Source: Verrucomicrobiota bacterium (lineage in GTDB: Bacteria > Verrucomicrobiota > Verrucomicrobiia > Limisphaerales > SXQI01). Taken from it: DNA of 64,000 nt. Below, in pieces: positions 20,752 through 29,929 of the stretch (positions are counted from its first letter, which is position 1; every line of letters begins with the position of its first letter). Below the pieces are notes generated by a model that was not told where the DNA came from, made no database searches, and was given only the letters and a program-made list of their open reading frames with translations. The position numbers and the translations under genes were made by a program. The stretch lies in NCBI GenBank assembly GCA_033762115.1, contig JANRLX010000111.1, forward strand, positions 14,399 through 78,398. The letters run 5' to 3'.

Positions 20752-20781
20752 AAAAAACCAGGCAAAGTTAATTTGCCTGGC
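20752..20781 (-). terminator. Rho-independent terminator after the Glu/Lys-rich gene
   Basis: Minus strand GCCAGGCAAA-ttaac-TTTGCCTGG followed by a T run. Confidence 0.7.
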
Positions 20782-20840
20782 TTTTGTTAAGTAACTTATT
20801 TCGAGTTGTCTAGCTTGGTGTGAACAGTTCCCAAATCATC

Positions 20841-21371
20841 TTAGTCGCGATCGCGTCCCCCGCGGCCCTCCTCGGCTTTCTCACTTTTAAATTTCCGGGT
20901 CTGTTCCTTGACTCTGTCCTTTGCCTCATCCAACTGTGCGGAGAATTGTTCCTTTAGGGCGTCCTTGCTCTCTCGCAATTTTGAAATGGTTTCCTTACGA
21001 TCTTCCCTGGAAGCCCCTTTTTTCTGCCGTTGAGTCTGTTTTTGTTGCTCGATAAATGCACGGCGTTGGTCCTCAAAGCTTTGAACCATTTCCTTGACGG
21101 CGGTGGGGGTTTCCGGGACGTCTGTTTTCTCAGGGCGTTCCGGCTTTTCCTGATTAGGCTTCTCTTCCTTCGGCTTTTCTTCCTTTTCGGGCTTTTCCTG
21201 TTTTTTCTCTTTTTCCGGTTTTTCGGATTTGTCAGGCTGGTCCCCGGCGGCCATCAACTCAACAGCACGAAGGTTGGCTGCCTGTGCATTGGCTGAGGTT
21301 CCAGCCATCAGGCCAAGTGCAAGAAGGGCAGCCAGCGTGCTAACTTTTAATCGATTGGTTTTCAAGTTCAT
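20841..21371 (-). CDS. Secreted highly charged protein with EKP repeats and a helical C-terminus
   Basis: Signal peptide ending ANA; repeated EKPEKE/EKPERPEK; Glu/Lys/Arg-rich helices. Confidence 0.8.
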   Translation of the reverse strand: MNLKTNRLKVSTLAALLALGLMAGTSANAQAANLRAVELMAAGDQPDKSEKPEKEKKQEKPEKEEKPKEEKPNQEKPERPEKTDVPETPTAVKEMVQSFEDQRRAFIEQQKQTQRQKKGASREDRKETISKLRESKDALKEQFSAQLDEAKDRVKEQTRKFKSEKAEEGRGGRDRD

Positions 21372-21438
21372 GGCGAAGGCTGGTCTTGAGCTTCCTGTTC
21401 GTTCATCGCTCCAAGAACAATCTCCACATTTTTGGATA

Positions 21439-21454
21439 TGCAGGCAGTGTGCCA
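21439..21454 (-). promoter_or_regulatory. Sigma-54 (-24/-12) promoter candidate
   Basis: TGGCAC-ACTGC-CTGCA on the minus strand with exact spacing, about 68 bp upstream of the ATG at 21371. Confidence 0.65.
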
Positions 21455-21560
21455 ACTATTTTATCCTATAAATGACCTTTTCGAGGTTCTTTTCTTAAGC
21501 GATTCTCTCGCAAGCCGTTTTTGTTTGGGGGAAAAGACCCAAACAGGTAGTCGTTAATTC

Positions 21561-22637
21561 TCAATCTGGCGCCGTTTCTCGTTTCGTCCCTTGCGCTGCC
21601 TGTCGGGCAAATACCTGGCGAATAATTTCTTCGATTGGGACTTCCTGAATATCGATATCAGAAACCGGCAATTCATCAAGCAAGGCTTTACAAACAGTGA
21701 TTACCCGGTCTCGACTGACCTTGAGTTTAACGCTGGCGCTGTTCTGTTCGACGACGGTCCCATATTTGGCAAGGGAGTCAGCATTGATCCGATCAGCGGC
21801 CTCACTTTGGATGGTGACCAGTTTGAAATCTGCGAAGCGGTCCAGGACTTCCTCCAGCTTGCCATCAAAAAAGATGCGGCCCTCATCAATAATGATGACC
21901 CGTTCACATAATTCCTGAATGTCCGCCATATAATGGCTGGTCAGGAGGATGGTGGTTTTGCGCCTGGTATTATGTGAGCGAAGAAATTCACGAACAGTTT
22001 TTTGTGAAATGACATCGAGCCCGATGGTCGGTTCATCCAGAAAAAGGACCTTGGGATGATGCAAAAGGGCAGCGATCAGTTCCATTTTCATCCGTTCGCC
22101 AAGGGAAAGCTCGCGAACCATGACGTTTAGCTTGTCTTTAACATCGAGCAATTCGGACATTTCATCGACAGTGCGGAGGAGTTCCGAATGGGAAATGCCG
22201 TAAATCCTGGCATTTAGTTCGAGGGATTCACGCGCAGGAAGATCCCACCAAAGCTGGTTTTTTTGGCCGAGGAGCAGGGCAAATTGTCGTCGGTACCCAT
22301 CATCCCGCTGCCATGGGGTGTAACCAAGGACTTTGGCGCTGCCTGAAGAGGGATAGAGAAGGCCAGCCAGCATTTTAAGAGTGGTGGTTTTGCCCGCGCC
22401 ATTCGGGCCGAGAAATCCGACGAATTCTCCCTCGGCGACCCGGAACGTGATATCGCGGGCGGCATGGGTTAACTCATATTCCCGTTTAAAAAGACCGCGC
22501 AATGCGCCTTTGAAACCAGGGTGCTTTTTGTAGGTGCGGTATGTGCGGGTAAGGCCCTCCACCTCGATGACCGGTTGGTGTCTGCTATCCACTTGCAGGA
22601 GCAGATTAGAGGGGCTTTTCCGCGATGCAAGTCGCAA
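21561..22637 (-). CDS. ABC-2 type transporter ATP-binding protein
   Basis: GPNGAGKTT, LSLGERMK signature variant, LFLDEPTIGLD and TSH motifs. Confidence 0.92.
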   Translation of the reverse strand: MRLASRKSPSNLLLQVDSRHQPVIEVEGLTRTYRTYKKHPGFKGALRGLFKREYELTHAARDITFRVAEGEFVGFLGPNGAGKTTTLKMLAGLLYPSSGSAKVLGYTPWQRDDGYRRQFALLLGQKNQLWWDLPARESLELNARIYGISHSELLRTVDEMSELLDVKDKLNVMVRELSLGERMKMELIAALLHHPKVLFLDEPTIGLDVISQKTVREFLRSHNTRRKTTILLTSHYMADIQELCERVIIIDEGRIFFDGKLEEVLDRFADFKLVTIQSEAADRINADSLAKYGTVVEQNSASVKLKVSRDRVITVCKALLDELPVSDIDIQEVPIEEIIRQVFARQAAQGTKRETAPD

Positions 22638-22640
22638 GGA

Positions 22641-24056
22641 TCAACGTTGCAACTGACGCTCCAATGCGCTGACAGTCTGCCGGACTGTAGCATCCACTTC
22701 CATGCGATCCTTCACCAGGCGGCAGGCATGGAGGACGGTCCCATGGTCCCGGCCGCCAAACGCTTCGCCAATGGTGTTCAGAGAGGATTCGGTCAGTTGC
22801 CGGGCAAGATACATCGCGATTTGCCGGGGAAAAGCAATGTTTTCGGGGCGTCGTTTGCTGGTCATATCCGCGACACGGATATCAAAATGTTCAGCGACCT
22901 TTTTCTGGATGACTTCAATGCTGATGGAAAAACGGCCTTCTTCGCTCAAGACATCCCGAAGCAACCCTTCGACCATTTCGACGTTCAGCTTTTTACCCGT
23001 CAAAGAGGCGTAGGAGGCAACCCGGATCAATGCGCCTTCCAGGCGGCGAATATTGGCGCGAATTCGCGTGGCCAGAAAATTGAGGACCTCCTCCGGAAGC
23101 TCGACCCCCATTGACTTCTCTTTCTTGCGGAGGATCGCCACACGGGTTTCGATATCTGGCGGCTGCATGTCAGTAACCAGCCCCCATTCAAAACGGGAGA
23201 CCAGACGATGCTCAAGATTTTGAATTTCCGCAGCGGGACGGTCGCAGGTCAGGACGATCTGTTTATGCGATTCGTGCAGGGCGTTAAAAGTATGGAAGAA
23301 TTCCTCCTGGATACGTTCCTTGCCGGCAAGGAACTGGATATCATCAATCAACAGCACATCAGACTGGCGATATTTTTTGCGGAACCGGACCAGTTGATTA
23401 TTCTGAATGGCATCAATGTATTCGTTGGTAAATTTCTCGGAGGAAACATAGGCCACCCGAGCACCTTTTTTGCTGCTGGCGACGTGTTGACCGATGGCAT
23501 GGAGCAAATGAGTTTTGCCCAGGCCCACCCCACCATAGAGAAAGAGCGGGTTATATGATTTCCCGGGGTTTTGTGCGACAGCGAGGGCTGCGGCGTGGGC
23601 AAAGTTATTATTATTGCCGACGACAAACGTCTCAAAGGTGTTTTTTGGGTTGAAGAGCAGGTCACGTTCTTTCCCGGAATTGGCCGCGGGGTGACGTTCC
23701 TGCGCCTCCTCATGAAGCACCTCCACCACCCGATTATCGGTGCGGGATGAGGAGGCAAGCTGCTGGTGGGAGGATTGGTTCGAGACCTTGAACTTCACAA
23801 GCAGTGAGCGGCCTGCGGAATGGGCAAGAACATCCTGGATCAAACCAAGATAATTGTCCTTGAGCCAGAGTTCACAAAAATCGTTGCTGACTTCGAGAGT
23901 GAAGGCATCCTCTGATACGCTTGCAGCCCTGATCGGGGCGAACCAAAGGTTGTAAATTTCTGCGTTGAGGATCGAGCGGAGTAACTGTTGGGAAGCCGTC
24001 CAGATTTTATCAGCTGGAAGTTCCATTGGGGCAGAGGTTTTCACCGATTTATTCAC
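22641..24056 (-). CDS. dnaA: Chromosomal replication initiator DnaA
   Basis: YNPLFLYGGVGLGKTHL, LLIDDIQF, QEEFFHTFN, RLVSRF and FGGRDHGTVLHA motifs. Confidence 0.97.
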   Translation of the reverse strand: MNKSVKTSAPMELPADKIWTASQQLLRSILNAEIYNLWFAPIRAASVSEDAFTLEVSNDFCELWLKDNYLGLIQDVLAHSAGRSLLVKFKVSNQSSHQQLASSSRTDNRVVEVLHEEAQERHPAANSGKERDLLFNPKNTFETFVVGNNNNFAHAAALAVAQNPGKSYNPLFLYGGVGLGKTHLLHAIGQHVASSKKGARVAYVSSEKFTNEYIDAIQNNQLVRFRKKYRQSDVLLIDDIQFLAGKERIQEEFFHTFNALHESHKQIVLTCDRPAAEIQNLEHRLVSRFEWGLVTDMQPPDIETRVAILRKKEKSMGVELPEEVLNFLATRIRANIRRLEGALIRVASYASLTGKKLNVEMVEGLLRDVLSEEGRFSISIEVIQKKVAEHFDIRVADMTSKRRPENIAFPRQIAMYLARQLTESSLNTIGEAFGGRDHGTVLHACRLVKDRMEVDATVRQTVSALERQLQR

Positions 24057-24345
24057 GTTCTGCTTGTTACCGGCTCGTAACAGAGATTTTTACCGGGGTG
24101 GACAGCCGGTGACAAAGCAAATTCCCAAATAAAATTGTCACAAAGCTCGGCGCTGTCTGTAGTGGAGACGGAAAATCTCTGGTAAACATTTTGTTATTAA
24201 GACCTTATGTTAATTGCAGTAGGTCGGCCCTGATGCTCGGATCGTAACAATTTCTAATTGCTGATGGAGCGATCGTGCGACCTCCAGATGTTTAGGTGAA
24301 TTGAGAAAGCGTGACGAGGACAACATATTAACTCTTATTGCCAAG

Positions 24346-24354
24346 TTATTCACA
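24346..24354 (+). promoter_or_regulatory. DnaA box upstream of dnaA
   Basis: TTATTCACA matches TTWTNCACA, within the dnaA upstream intergenic region. Confidence 0.55.
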
Positions 24355-24439
24355 GTGCGAAAACGTGCACTCAGGGAGATGGTAATCCTTGCCAAATGGA
24401 ACCGAGTACGCCTGGCAAAATGAATTGAAAAGAGGGGAA

Positions 24440-25690
24440 TCATATTTTCAGGAACAACTTTCGGCGATACATCCAGAAAAGAATCAGCCAAAGCAGTAGC
24501 AGTATGGTCATCCCCTGGATCAGGGAGGAAAAGGAGGGACCGAAAAGATTTAAATAACCGTCGCCGAGATGGGTTCTAATAGCGCTGCGAAAAAAGCCGA
24601 TAAAAAGCCATTCCATAACATAAGCGGCAATGGAGTTCATCCCCACGACGACCAGAAAAAAAGACCACTTTTTCCACCTTTTGAAATCGATAATGGCGTA
24701 AAATCCCGCAAGAAAGAGGAAAGCAAAACCGCCGCTAAATAATGTCCAGGCCGGGGTCCAGATTCGTTTGACAATGGGACAAATCCCGCTCAGGTGCAGC
24801 AGGGATCCAAGGAATAACCCAGAAATCCCGGCAATGAGCAGGCGGATCATCTTTTCTTTCGCTGTGGTCTCCCGCTGGAGCCAGAGACCGGCAATTGAAC
24901 CGAGCAGCATGGTTCCAAGGGTGGGAATAAAACTGAGAGTGGAGTAACCGCCGCCATTGTTGAGGAAAGGACGTTCCCTGGGAAAAAGGTTCATGAACCA
25001 GGTATCAAAAGCCCAGGCGAAATTGCTGTTTTTGTTCCAATGCGCGGCAAATCCGCTCAAATGATGCGGCCAATCGACGGGAACTCCGGCCTGTTTCCAG
25101 TCAAAGTCAGGCCCGGGGAGCGGGTATAACGCGAATGCCAGCCAATAACCGACCATCAATACAGCAAACCAGAGCCATTGAATCTTTTCGGTTTTGCGAC
25201 CGATCAGGAAAAGGAAGGTGTAGCCAAGGCCGATTTGGGTAAGGGTATCTTCAAAAGTGTAATTGGTGTGAGGTTTGCCGATGGAACGCAGGAAGATGCC
25301 GAGGAAAATCAAAATCAATGAGCGACCAATGGCATGACGGAGCATCTGGCCAAACGTTTGGCCTTTTGCCACACGGCTTGCGAGGGAAAAAGGGAGAGCC
25401 ACGCCCACGAGAAAAGAAAAGGAGGGCTGGATAAGGTCATGCAACGTGCAGCCGACCCATTCCACATGACTTTGATGGTGGGCTAAAAATTTCCAGAATC
25501 CGCTGTCCGGATGTTGCGAGGCGACCTGCCCCAGCGCGAGAACTTCCCCGAGCATCAGGAGCATGACAAGGCCGCGGTAGGCGTCAATGGATGCCAGACG
25601 CTGTGGCAAAGCGGTCGCACTACTTGCAGGGTTCACAGCGAAAGAGTAATCGATGGCAGTTTTGCCACAAGATTCTTCCGGTCTTGCCAA
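24440..25690 (-). CDS. HGSNAT/NagX-like (DUF5009) multi-pass membrane acyltransferase
   Basis: RLASIDAYRG, H..W.G.T.HDLIQPSF, PIVKRIWT and GMNSI motifs; true start may be slightly downstream. Confidence 0.85.
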   Translation of the reverse strand: MARPEESCGKTAIDYSFAVNPASSATALPQRLASIDAYRGLVMLLMLGEVLALGQVASQHPDSGFWKFLAHHQSHVEWVGCTLHDLIQPSFSFLVGVALPFSLASRVAKGQTFGQMLRHAIGRSLILIFLGIFLRSIGKPHTNYTFEDTLTQIGLGYTFLFLIGRKTEKIQWLWFAVLMVGYWLAFALYPLPGPDFDWKQAGVPVDWPHHLSGFAAHWNKNSNFAWAFDTWFMNLFPRERPFLNNGGGYSTLSFIPTLGTMLLGSIAGLWLQRETTAKEKMIRLLIAGISGLFLGSLLHLSGICPIVKRIWTPAWTLFSGGFAFLFLAGFYAIIDFKRWKKWSFFLVVVGMNSIAAYVMEWLFIGFFRSAIRTHLGDGYLNLFGPSFSSLIQGMTILLLLWLILFWMYRRKLFLKI

Positions 25691-25718
25691 TTTTTAACTA
25701 CGACCCACTCTTTTGGTG

Positions 25719-26804
25719 ATGTCAGAATCGAGTTATTTGGCGACTGCTTTTCAGGGGAAGAAAACGTTGCAGGGAAGTTTGCGTTTCGAAGGGGAGACGC
25801 TGCATTTCGTTTCGAACGACGGAAGCCACGAGATGCCCCTGGGTGGGATGCGAACACGGGTTGGTGGATATAATGATGAACAAATATTCTTCGAGCATCC
25901 ATCGCATCCTGAATTTTCCGTTTATACCCGAGACAAGCGGGTCGTGGAGGATGAATGCCTGGCACGCTTTCCGGATCTGGTGGCGCAATTGAGGGGTGGC
26001 CAAAAACGAAAAGTTTCCTATCGCAAGCCGCTGATTTTGTTGGGGGGGATCGTACTATTTTTCGTTATGCTCCTGCTGCTGCTGGTGATGCAGAAGGACC
26101 GGATTGTCGAAATTATTGTGGACAGGATTCCCCTGGAATGGGAGGTCAAGCTTGGGGAACAGTTGTTTAAGGCTGTGGCAGCTGACGGAGGGCTGGTTTC
26201 TGACCCGGAGCAGCAGACATATCTCGAAAGTGTTACGGGTCCCTTATTAAGGGGGGTGGACACAAAAGGCTTCACGGTCCGGTTTCATATCAAAACCGAT
26301 ACCAACGTGAACGCCTTTGCAATGCCGGGAGGAAATGTCGTGGTTTTTACCGGGTTGCTGGAGCGCGTCTCCCGGAAGGAGGAGCTTGCTGGAGTGCTGG
26401 CGCATGAAATTGCCCATGTGACCCGGCGGCATGGGTTTCGTAAATTAGTGGAATCCGCAGGAATGCTGTTGCTGGTGCAGGCAATCGTCGGAAACCCGGA
26501 AGGGATCATGGCAATCATCACAAGCAATTCGCAACGCCTGTTGAGCCAAAAATTTTCACGCGATTTCGAGCGGGAAGCCGATGATGAGGGGTGGGAATTT
26601 ATGGTGGCGGCGAATATTGACCCACGAGGAATGGTGGATTTTTTCAAAAAGCTTCAGCAACTGGAGGGAAATGGAAGCGGCAGGACTTTCGAACTGCTTC
26701 TGACCCATCCAACGACGGAAGAACGGATTGCGCGGTTGGAGAAACGTTGGGAAAAAATGGAAAATAAAACATTTCCTCCGCTTGGCCCATCCAAACGGGA
26801 GTAG
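25719..26804 (+). CDS. M48 family metallopeptidase
   Basis: NAFAMPGG, HEIAH, SRDFEREAD and THP motifs; single TM helix. Confidence 0.92.
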   Translation: MSESSYLATAFQGKKTLQGSLRFEGETLHFVSNDGSHEMPLGGMRTRVGGYNDEQIFFEHPSHPEFSVYTRDKRVVEDECLARFPDLVAQLRGGQKRKVSYRKPLILLGGIVLFFVMLLLLLVMQKDRIVEIIVDRIPLEWEVKLGEQLFKAVAADGGLVSDPEQQTYLESVTGPLLRGVDTKGFTVRFHIKTDTNVNAFAMPGGNVVVFTGLLERVSRKEELAGVLAHEIAHVTRRHGFRKLVESAGMLLLVQAIVGNPEGIMAIITSNSQRLLSQKFSRDFEREADDEGWEFMVAANIDPRGMVDFFKKLQQLEGNGSGRTFELLLTHPTTEERIARLEKRWEKMENKTFPPLGPSKRE

Positions 26805-26805
26805 C

Positions 26806-27225
26806 TCACCTGGCGGATTTGACCTTCAGGTTGCGAATCTTGCGCTGGATTTTGCTATAGCCTGAATGTTCCCGGATTTTTGCGAGATCCGGATCCTCCG
26901 CGAGCCATTTGAAATCGCGATAGCCGAAATCAATGGCGTAACCCAGAGCGGTCAAGGCTTCATCAAGCCGGTCGGTAAGAGAGTAACTGCAGGCAAGATT
27001 ATATTGGATCAACGCATCACGAGGACGCAGTTTGGCCAATTTTTCATCAATTCGAAGGCCGTGGCTAAATTTGCCCCGTTTGGTGTAATCGTCACCAAGG
27101 ATCTGCAACGCGTCCACGTAAGCTGGATCACGTTTAACCACACCCTCTAAAAACCCAATTTCGATGTCCAAATCCCGGCGTTCCTGCCGGTTCAGCCTTT
27201 TGCGAGGCGCTGGTTTTTTAGGCAT
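26806..27225 (-). CDS. TPR protein
   Basis: YNLACSYSL..A..AL..AI..GY.DF.W..EDPDL pattern. Confidence 0.8.
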   Translation of the reverse strand: MPKKPAPRKRLNRQERRDLDIEIGFLEGVVKRDPAYVDALQILGDDYTKRGKFSHGLRIDEKLAKLRPRDALIQYNLACSYSLTDRLDEALTALGYAIDFGYRDFKWLAEDPDLAKIREHSGYSKIQRKIRNLKVKSAR

Positions 27226-27361
27226 ACAATATTGCGCGCGGAATCATTACATAGCGGATTTTGAAGTCAAGCAACTCACCCGCCGTAATTGTTCCTCCAT
27301 TGTGAAAAGCAAGTTACATTCCACCCTGAGGAAACGATGTGTGTTTACCCTTAAGCTTTTG

Positions 27362-28378
27362 TCAGGCCTGGTCGCGGACCATCTCATAAAGTCGATTCCA
27401 GCGACGTGGAAAATAATGGGCTGAAATGGTTTGAAAAATGATCTGCCGGACGTTTTTACGAGGAATTTTGATTGGGATTCCCGGATCAAGAATTTTGCCG
27501 ATTTTAAGTTTTTGAACCGTTTGAATACCAATCAGGACAGGCCATGCACAGGCAAGGCGGACCCTGACCTGATTCCGCGGCAGCGCATTGGTGTATCGCC
27601 AGCCAGCTTCGAGGAAATTTTCAGCTTTTTTCAGAAGCGGATTGTAAACAGCCCGAAAGGTGGGTTCATTGTTGGGATCGAGCAGGGCGGCAGGAGCCAT
27701 TCCGATCCGGTTGAGTGCTTCTTCCGGGATGTAACAACGGCCATTTGCCAGGTCTCGTGGAATGTCTCGGAGAATATTGACGAGTTGAAGGCCCTGGCCG
27801 AAACGCTTCCCATCTTCGAGAAGCTGCTTCCTGAGATCAGCGGTGGCAGGAAATAACCGAAGCAAACAGATTTCTGTCCAGAACTCACCCACACAACCAG
27901 CCACCCGCCAAGTGTAATCCTCCAGTTCATCCGTGGTCTTGAGCGCGTGGACAACGCCGGGGTGAGGAGTGCCAAAGCGGCGCAAATCCAATTCCTGGCC
28001 ACTGGTAATGGTGTCCAGCACCTGCTGGATTAATCGTCGTTCTGTTTCCTGGGTGGAGCGAAGCAGCTGGAGGACGCTGGGAAGCTCTTGCAAAAGAAAT
28101 TTTTCAGCGGAAGCGGACTGGCAGCTGGCGAGAGAAAAAAAATCAGGCGCGGGACCAGATCCTGAAAGGATGGCGGCGCGGAGCTCTTGCAATTTCTGCA
28201 ACCTCTTTTCAACGGGCACCAGTTCAGTGTCCGCAATGGTATCTGTAGCGCGGGCCAAAAGGTAGGCCAGGCCGATTTGCCCTCTTACAGCCGAAGGCAT
28301 GACCCGGATGGTCAGATAGAATGAGCGTGAAACTGCCTTAAGCAGGGGAAGCAATTCCTGCTGAGGTCGGGATGACAT
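27362..28378 (-). CDS. Squalene/phytoene synthase family protein
   Basis: VSRSFYL, DTIAD, YTWRVAGCVGEFW and LQLVNILRD..RD..GRCYIP motifs. Confidence 0.9.
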   Translation of the reverse strand: MSSRPQQELLPLLKAVSRSFYLTIRVMPSAVRGQIGLAYLLARATDTIADTELVPVEKRLQKLQELRAAILSGSGPAPDFFSLASCQSASAEKFLLQELPSVLQLLRSTQETERRLIQQVLDTITSGQELDLRRFGTPHPGVVHALKTTDELEDYTWRVAGCVGEFWTEICLLRLFPATADLRKQLLEDGKRFGQGLQLVNILRDIPRDLANGRCYIPEEALNRIGMAPAALLDPNNEPTFRAVYNPLLKKAENFLEAGWRYTNALPRNQVRVRLACAWPVLIGIQTVQKLKIGKILDPGIPIKIPRKNVRQIIFQTISAHYFPRRWNRLYEMVRDQA

Positions 28379-28383
28379 TGGGA

Positions 28384-29790
28384 TCAAGGGGCAAGCTGTT
28401 TTCGCCAGCGGGTAATTTGCTTCTTCACCTGTGCAGGAGCTGGTGCGCCAGTGATGTCGCGGAAGCTCATGGCTTTTTTCAGATCGAAAAGTCCGTGGAC
28501 CTCCTTGTCAAAAAGTTCATGGACTGTCTTGTACTCGGCAAGGGTCAGTTCGTTGAGGGGGCGCCCGCTTTTTTCAGCAAGCGCCACCAAAGCGCCAACT
28601 GCATGGTGTGCCTGGCGAAAGGGCAAACCTTTACGCACCAGGTAATCAGCCAGATCGGTCGCCAGCAGGCCGACATCCGCGGATGCCTGGGCGCAATTTT
28701 CAGTGAGGACGGTGGTATGACGAAGCATGGCCGCGTTCAAGCGGACTGTTGCGCGCACTGTATCCACCGTGTCGAAGAGATGTTCCTTATCCTCCTGCAG
28801 GTCGCGATTATAGGTCATGGGCAACCCCTTCAGGAGGGTGAGCAACGCCATGAGATTCCCAACCACTCGACCGGATTTACCGCGAGTGAGTTCAGCAATG
28901 TCCGGGTTCTTTTTCTGGGGCATCAGGGAGGAACCGGTGGTATAGGAATCAGAGATGCGGATAAAAGCGAATTCGCTGCTGGACCAGAGGACCATATCCT
29001 CCGCAAGACGTGACAGGTGCACTGCAATCAACGCGGCGAGACTGCAAAATTCCACGGCAAAATCCCGATCGCAAACGGCATCCATGGAGTTTTGGGAAAC
29101 AGCGGGGTTTTCCTTGAAATCAACGAATCCGAGCAGTTCGGCAACCATTTCACGATCCAGGGGCAGGGTTGACCCGGCAATCGCGCCGCTCCCGAGAGGA
29201 CAAATATTCAAACGTCCAAAGCAATCGGTCAGGCGCCCGGCATCACGTTCCAGCATTTCCACATAAGCGAGCAAATGATGCGCAAAGGAAACAGGCTGGG
29301 CTCTTTGAAGGTGGGTGTAACCGGGGATGATTACCTGCTCATTCTTCTCAGCCAGTTCGACCAATGCGCGTTGCAGGTCTCGAAGTTCTTCCAGAAGTGC
29401 GATCATTTCATCCCGGAGCCACATGCGGACATCAAGGGCAACCTGGTCATTCCGGCTTCTGCCGGTGTGAAGCTTGGCCCCGGCAGGGACACGGGCAGTC
29501 AACGCAGCCTCGATATTCATGTGGACATCTTCCAGTTCAGGCTTCCAGGTGAACTGGCCAGCCTCGATCTCTTCACCGATCTTTTCCAGGCCGCGACGAA
29601 TTTCCAGAAGTTCGCTTTTAGTCAGCACCCCGATCTTTTGAAGCATGGTGGCATGGGCAATGGAACCAAGGATGTCATGCTTCCAAAGTCGCCAGTCAAA
29701 CGAGATCGATTCCGTGAAAGCGGCGACATCAGCGCCAGGGCCAGATTCAAATCGTCCGCTGCGGGAAACCGGTGTGCTCTTTTTCTTCAT
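28384..29790 (-). CDS. argH: Argininosuccinate lyase
   Basis: EDVHMNIE, GRSRNDQV, PGYTHLQRAQP, GSSLMPQKKNPD and YNRDLQEDK motifs. Confidence 0.97.
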   Translation of the reverse strand: MKKKSTPVSRSGRFESGPGADVAAFTESISFDWRLWKHDILGSIAHATMLQKIGVLTKSELLEIRRGLEKIGEEIEAGQFTWKPELEDVHMNIEAALTARVPAGAKLHTGRSRNDQVALDVRMWLRDEMIALLEELRDLQRALVELAEKNEQVIIPGYTHLQRAQPVSFAHHLLAYVEMLERDAGRLTDCFGRLNICPLGSGAIAGSTLPLDREMVAELLGFVDFKENPAVSQNSMDAVCDRDFAVEFCSLAALIAVHLSRLAEDMVLWSSSEFAFIRISDSYTTGSSLMPQKKNPDIAELTRGKSGRVVGNLMALLTLLKGLPMTYNRDLQEDKEHLFDTVDTVRATVRLNAAMLRHTTVLTENCAQASADVGLLATDLADYLVRKGLPFRQAHHAVGALVALAEKSGRPLNELTLAEYKTVHELFDKEVHGLFDLKKAMSFRDITGAPAPAQVKKQITRWRKQLAP

Positions 29791-29929
29791 CTGCGTGGGT
29801 CATGGTAGAGCGATGGGCGCAGGTTGCAATGCTGGGCTGAATGGTCGATGACGATTTCCGGGGCGGGTGAATGAGATAAATAACAAAGAACACTTGAACA
29901 AAAAGCGGTTCGGGCTTATATCTGTTTTT

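Noticed and set aside
21100-21240. Tandem DNA repeat or array
   Set aside because: The periodicity is explained by the EKP peptide repeats of the minus-strand gene.
24188-24215. dif-like site (TTATGTTAATT resembles a XerD arm)
   Set aside because: The partner arm ending TAA is 4 bp away rather than 6 and matches XerC arms poorly.
24057-24439. oriC upstream of dnaA
   Set aside because: Only one clear DnaA box, no dnaN, and sampled skew does not switch here.
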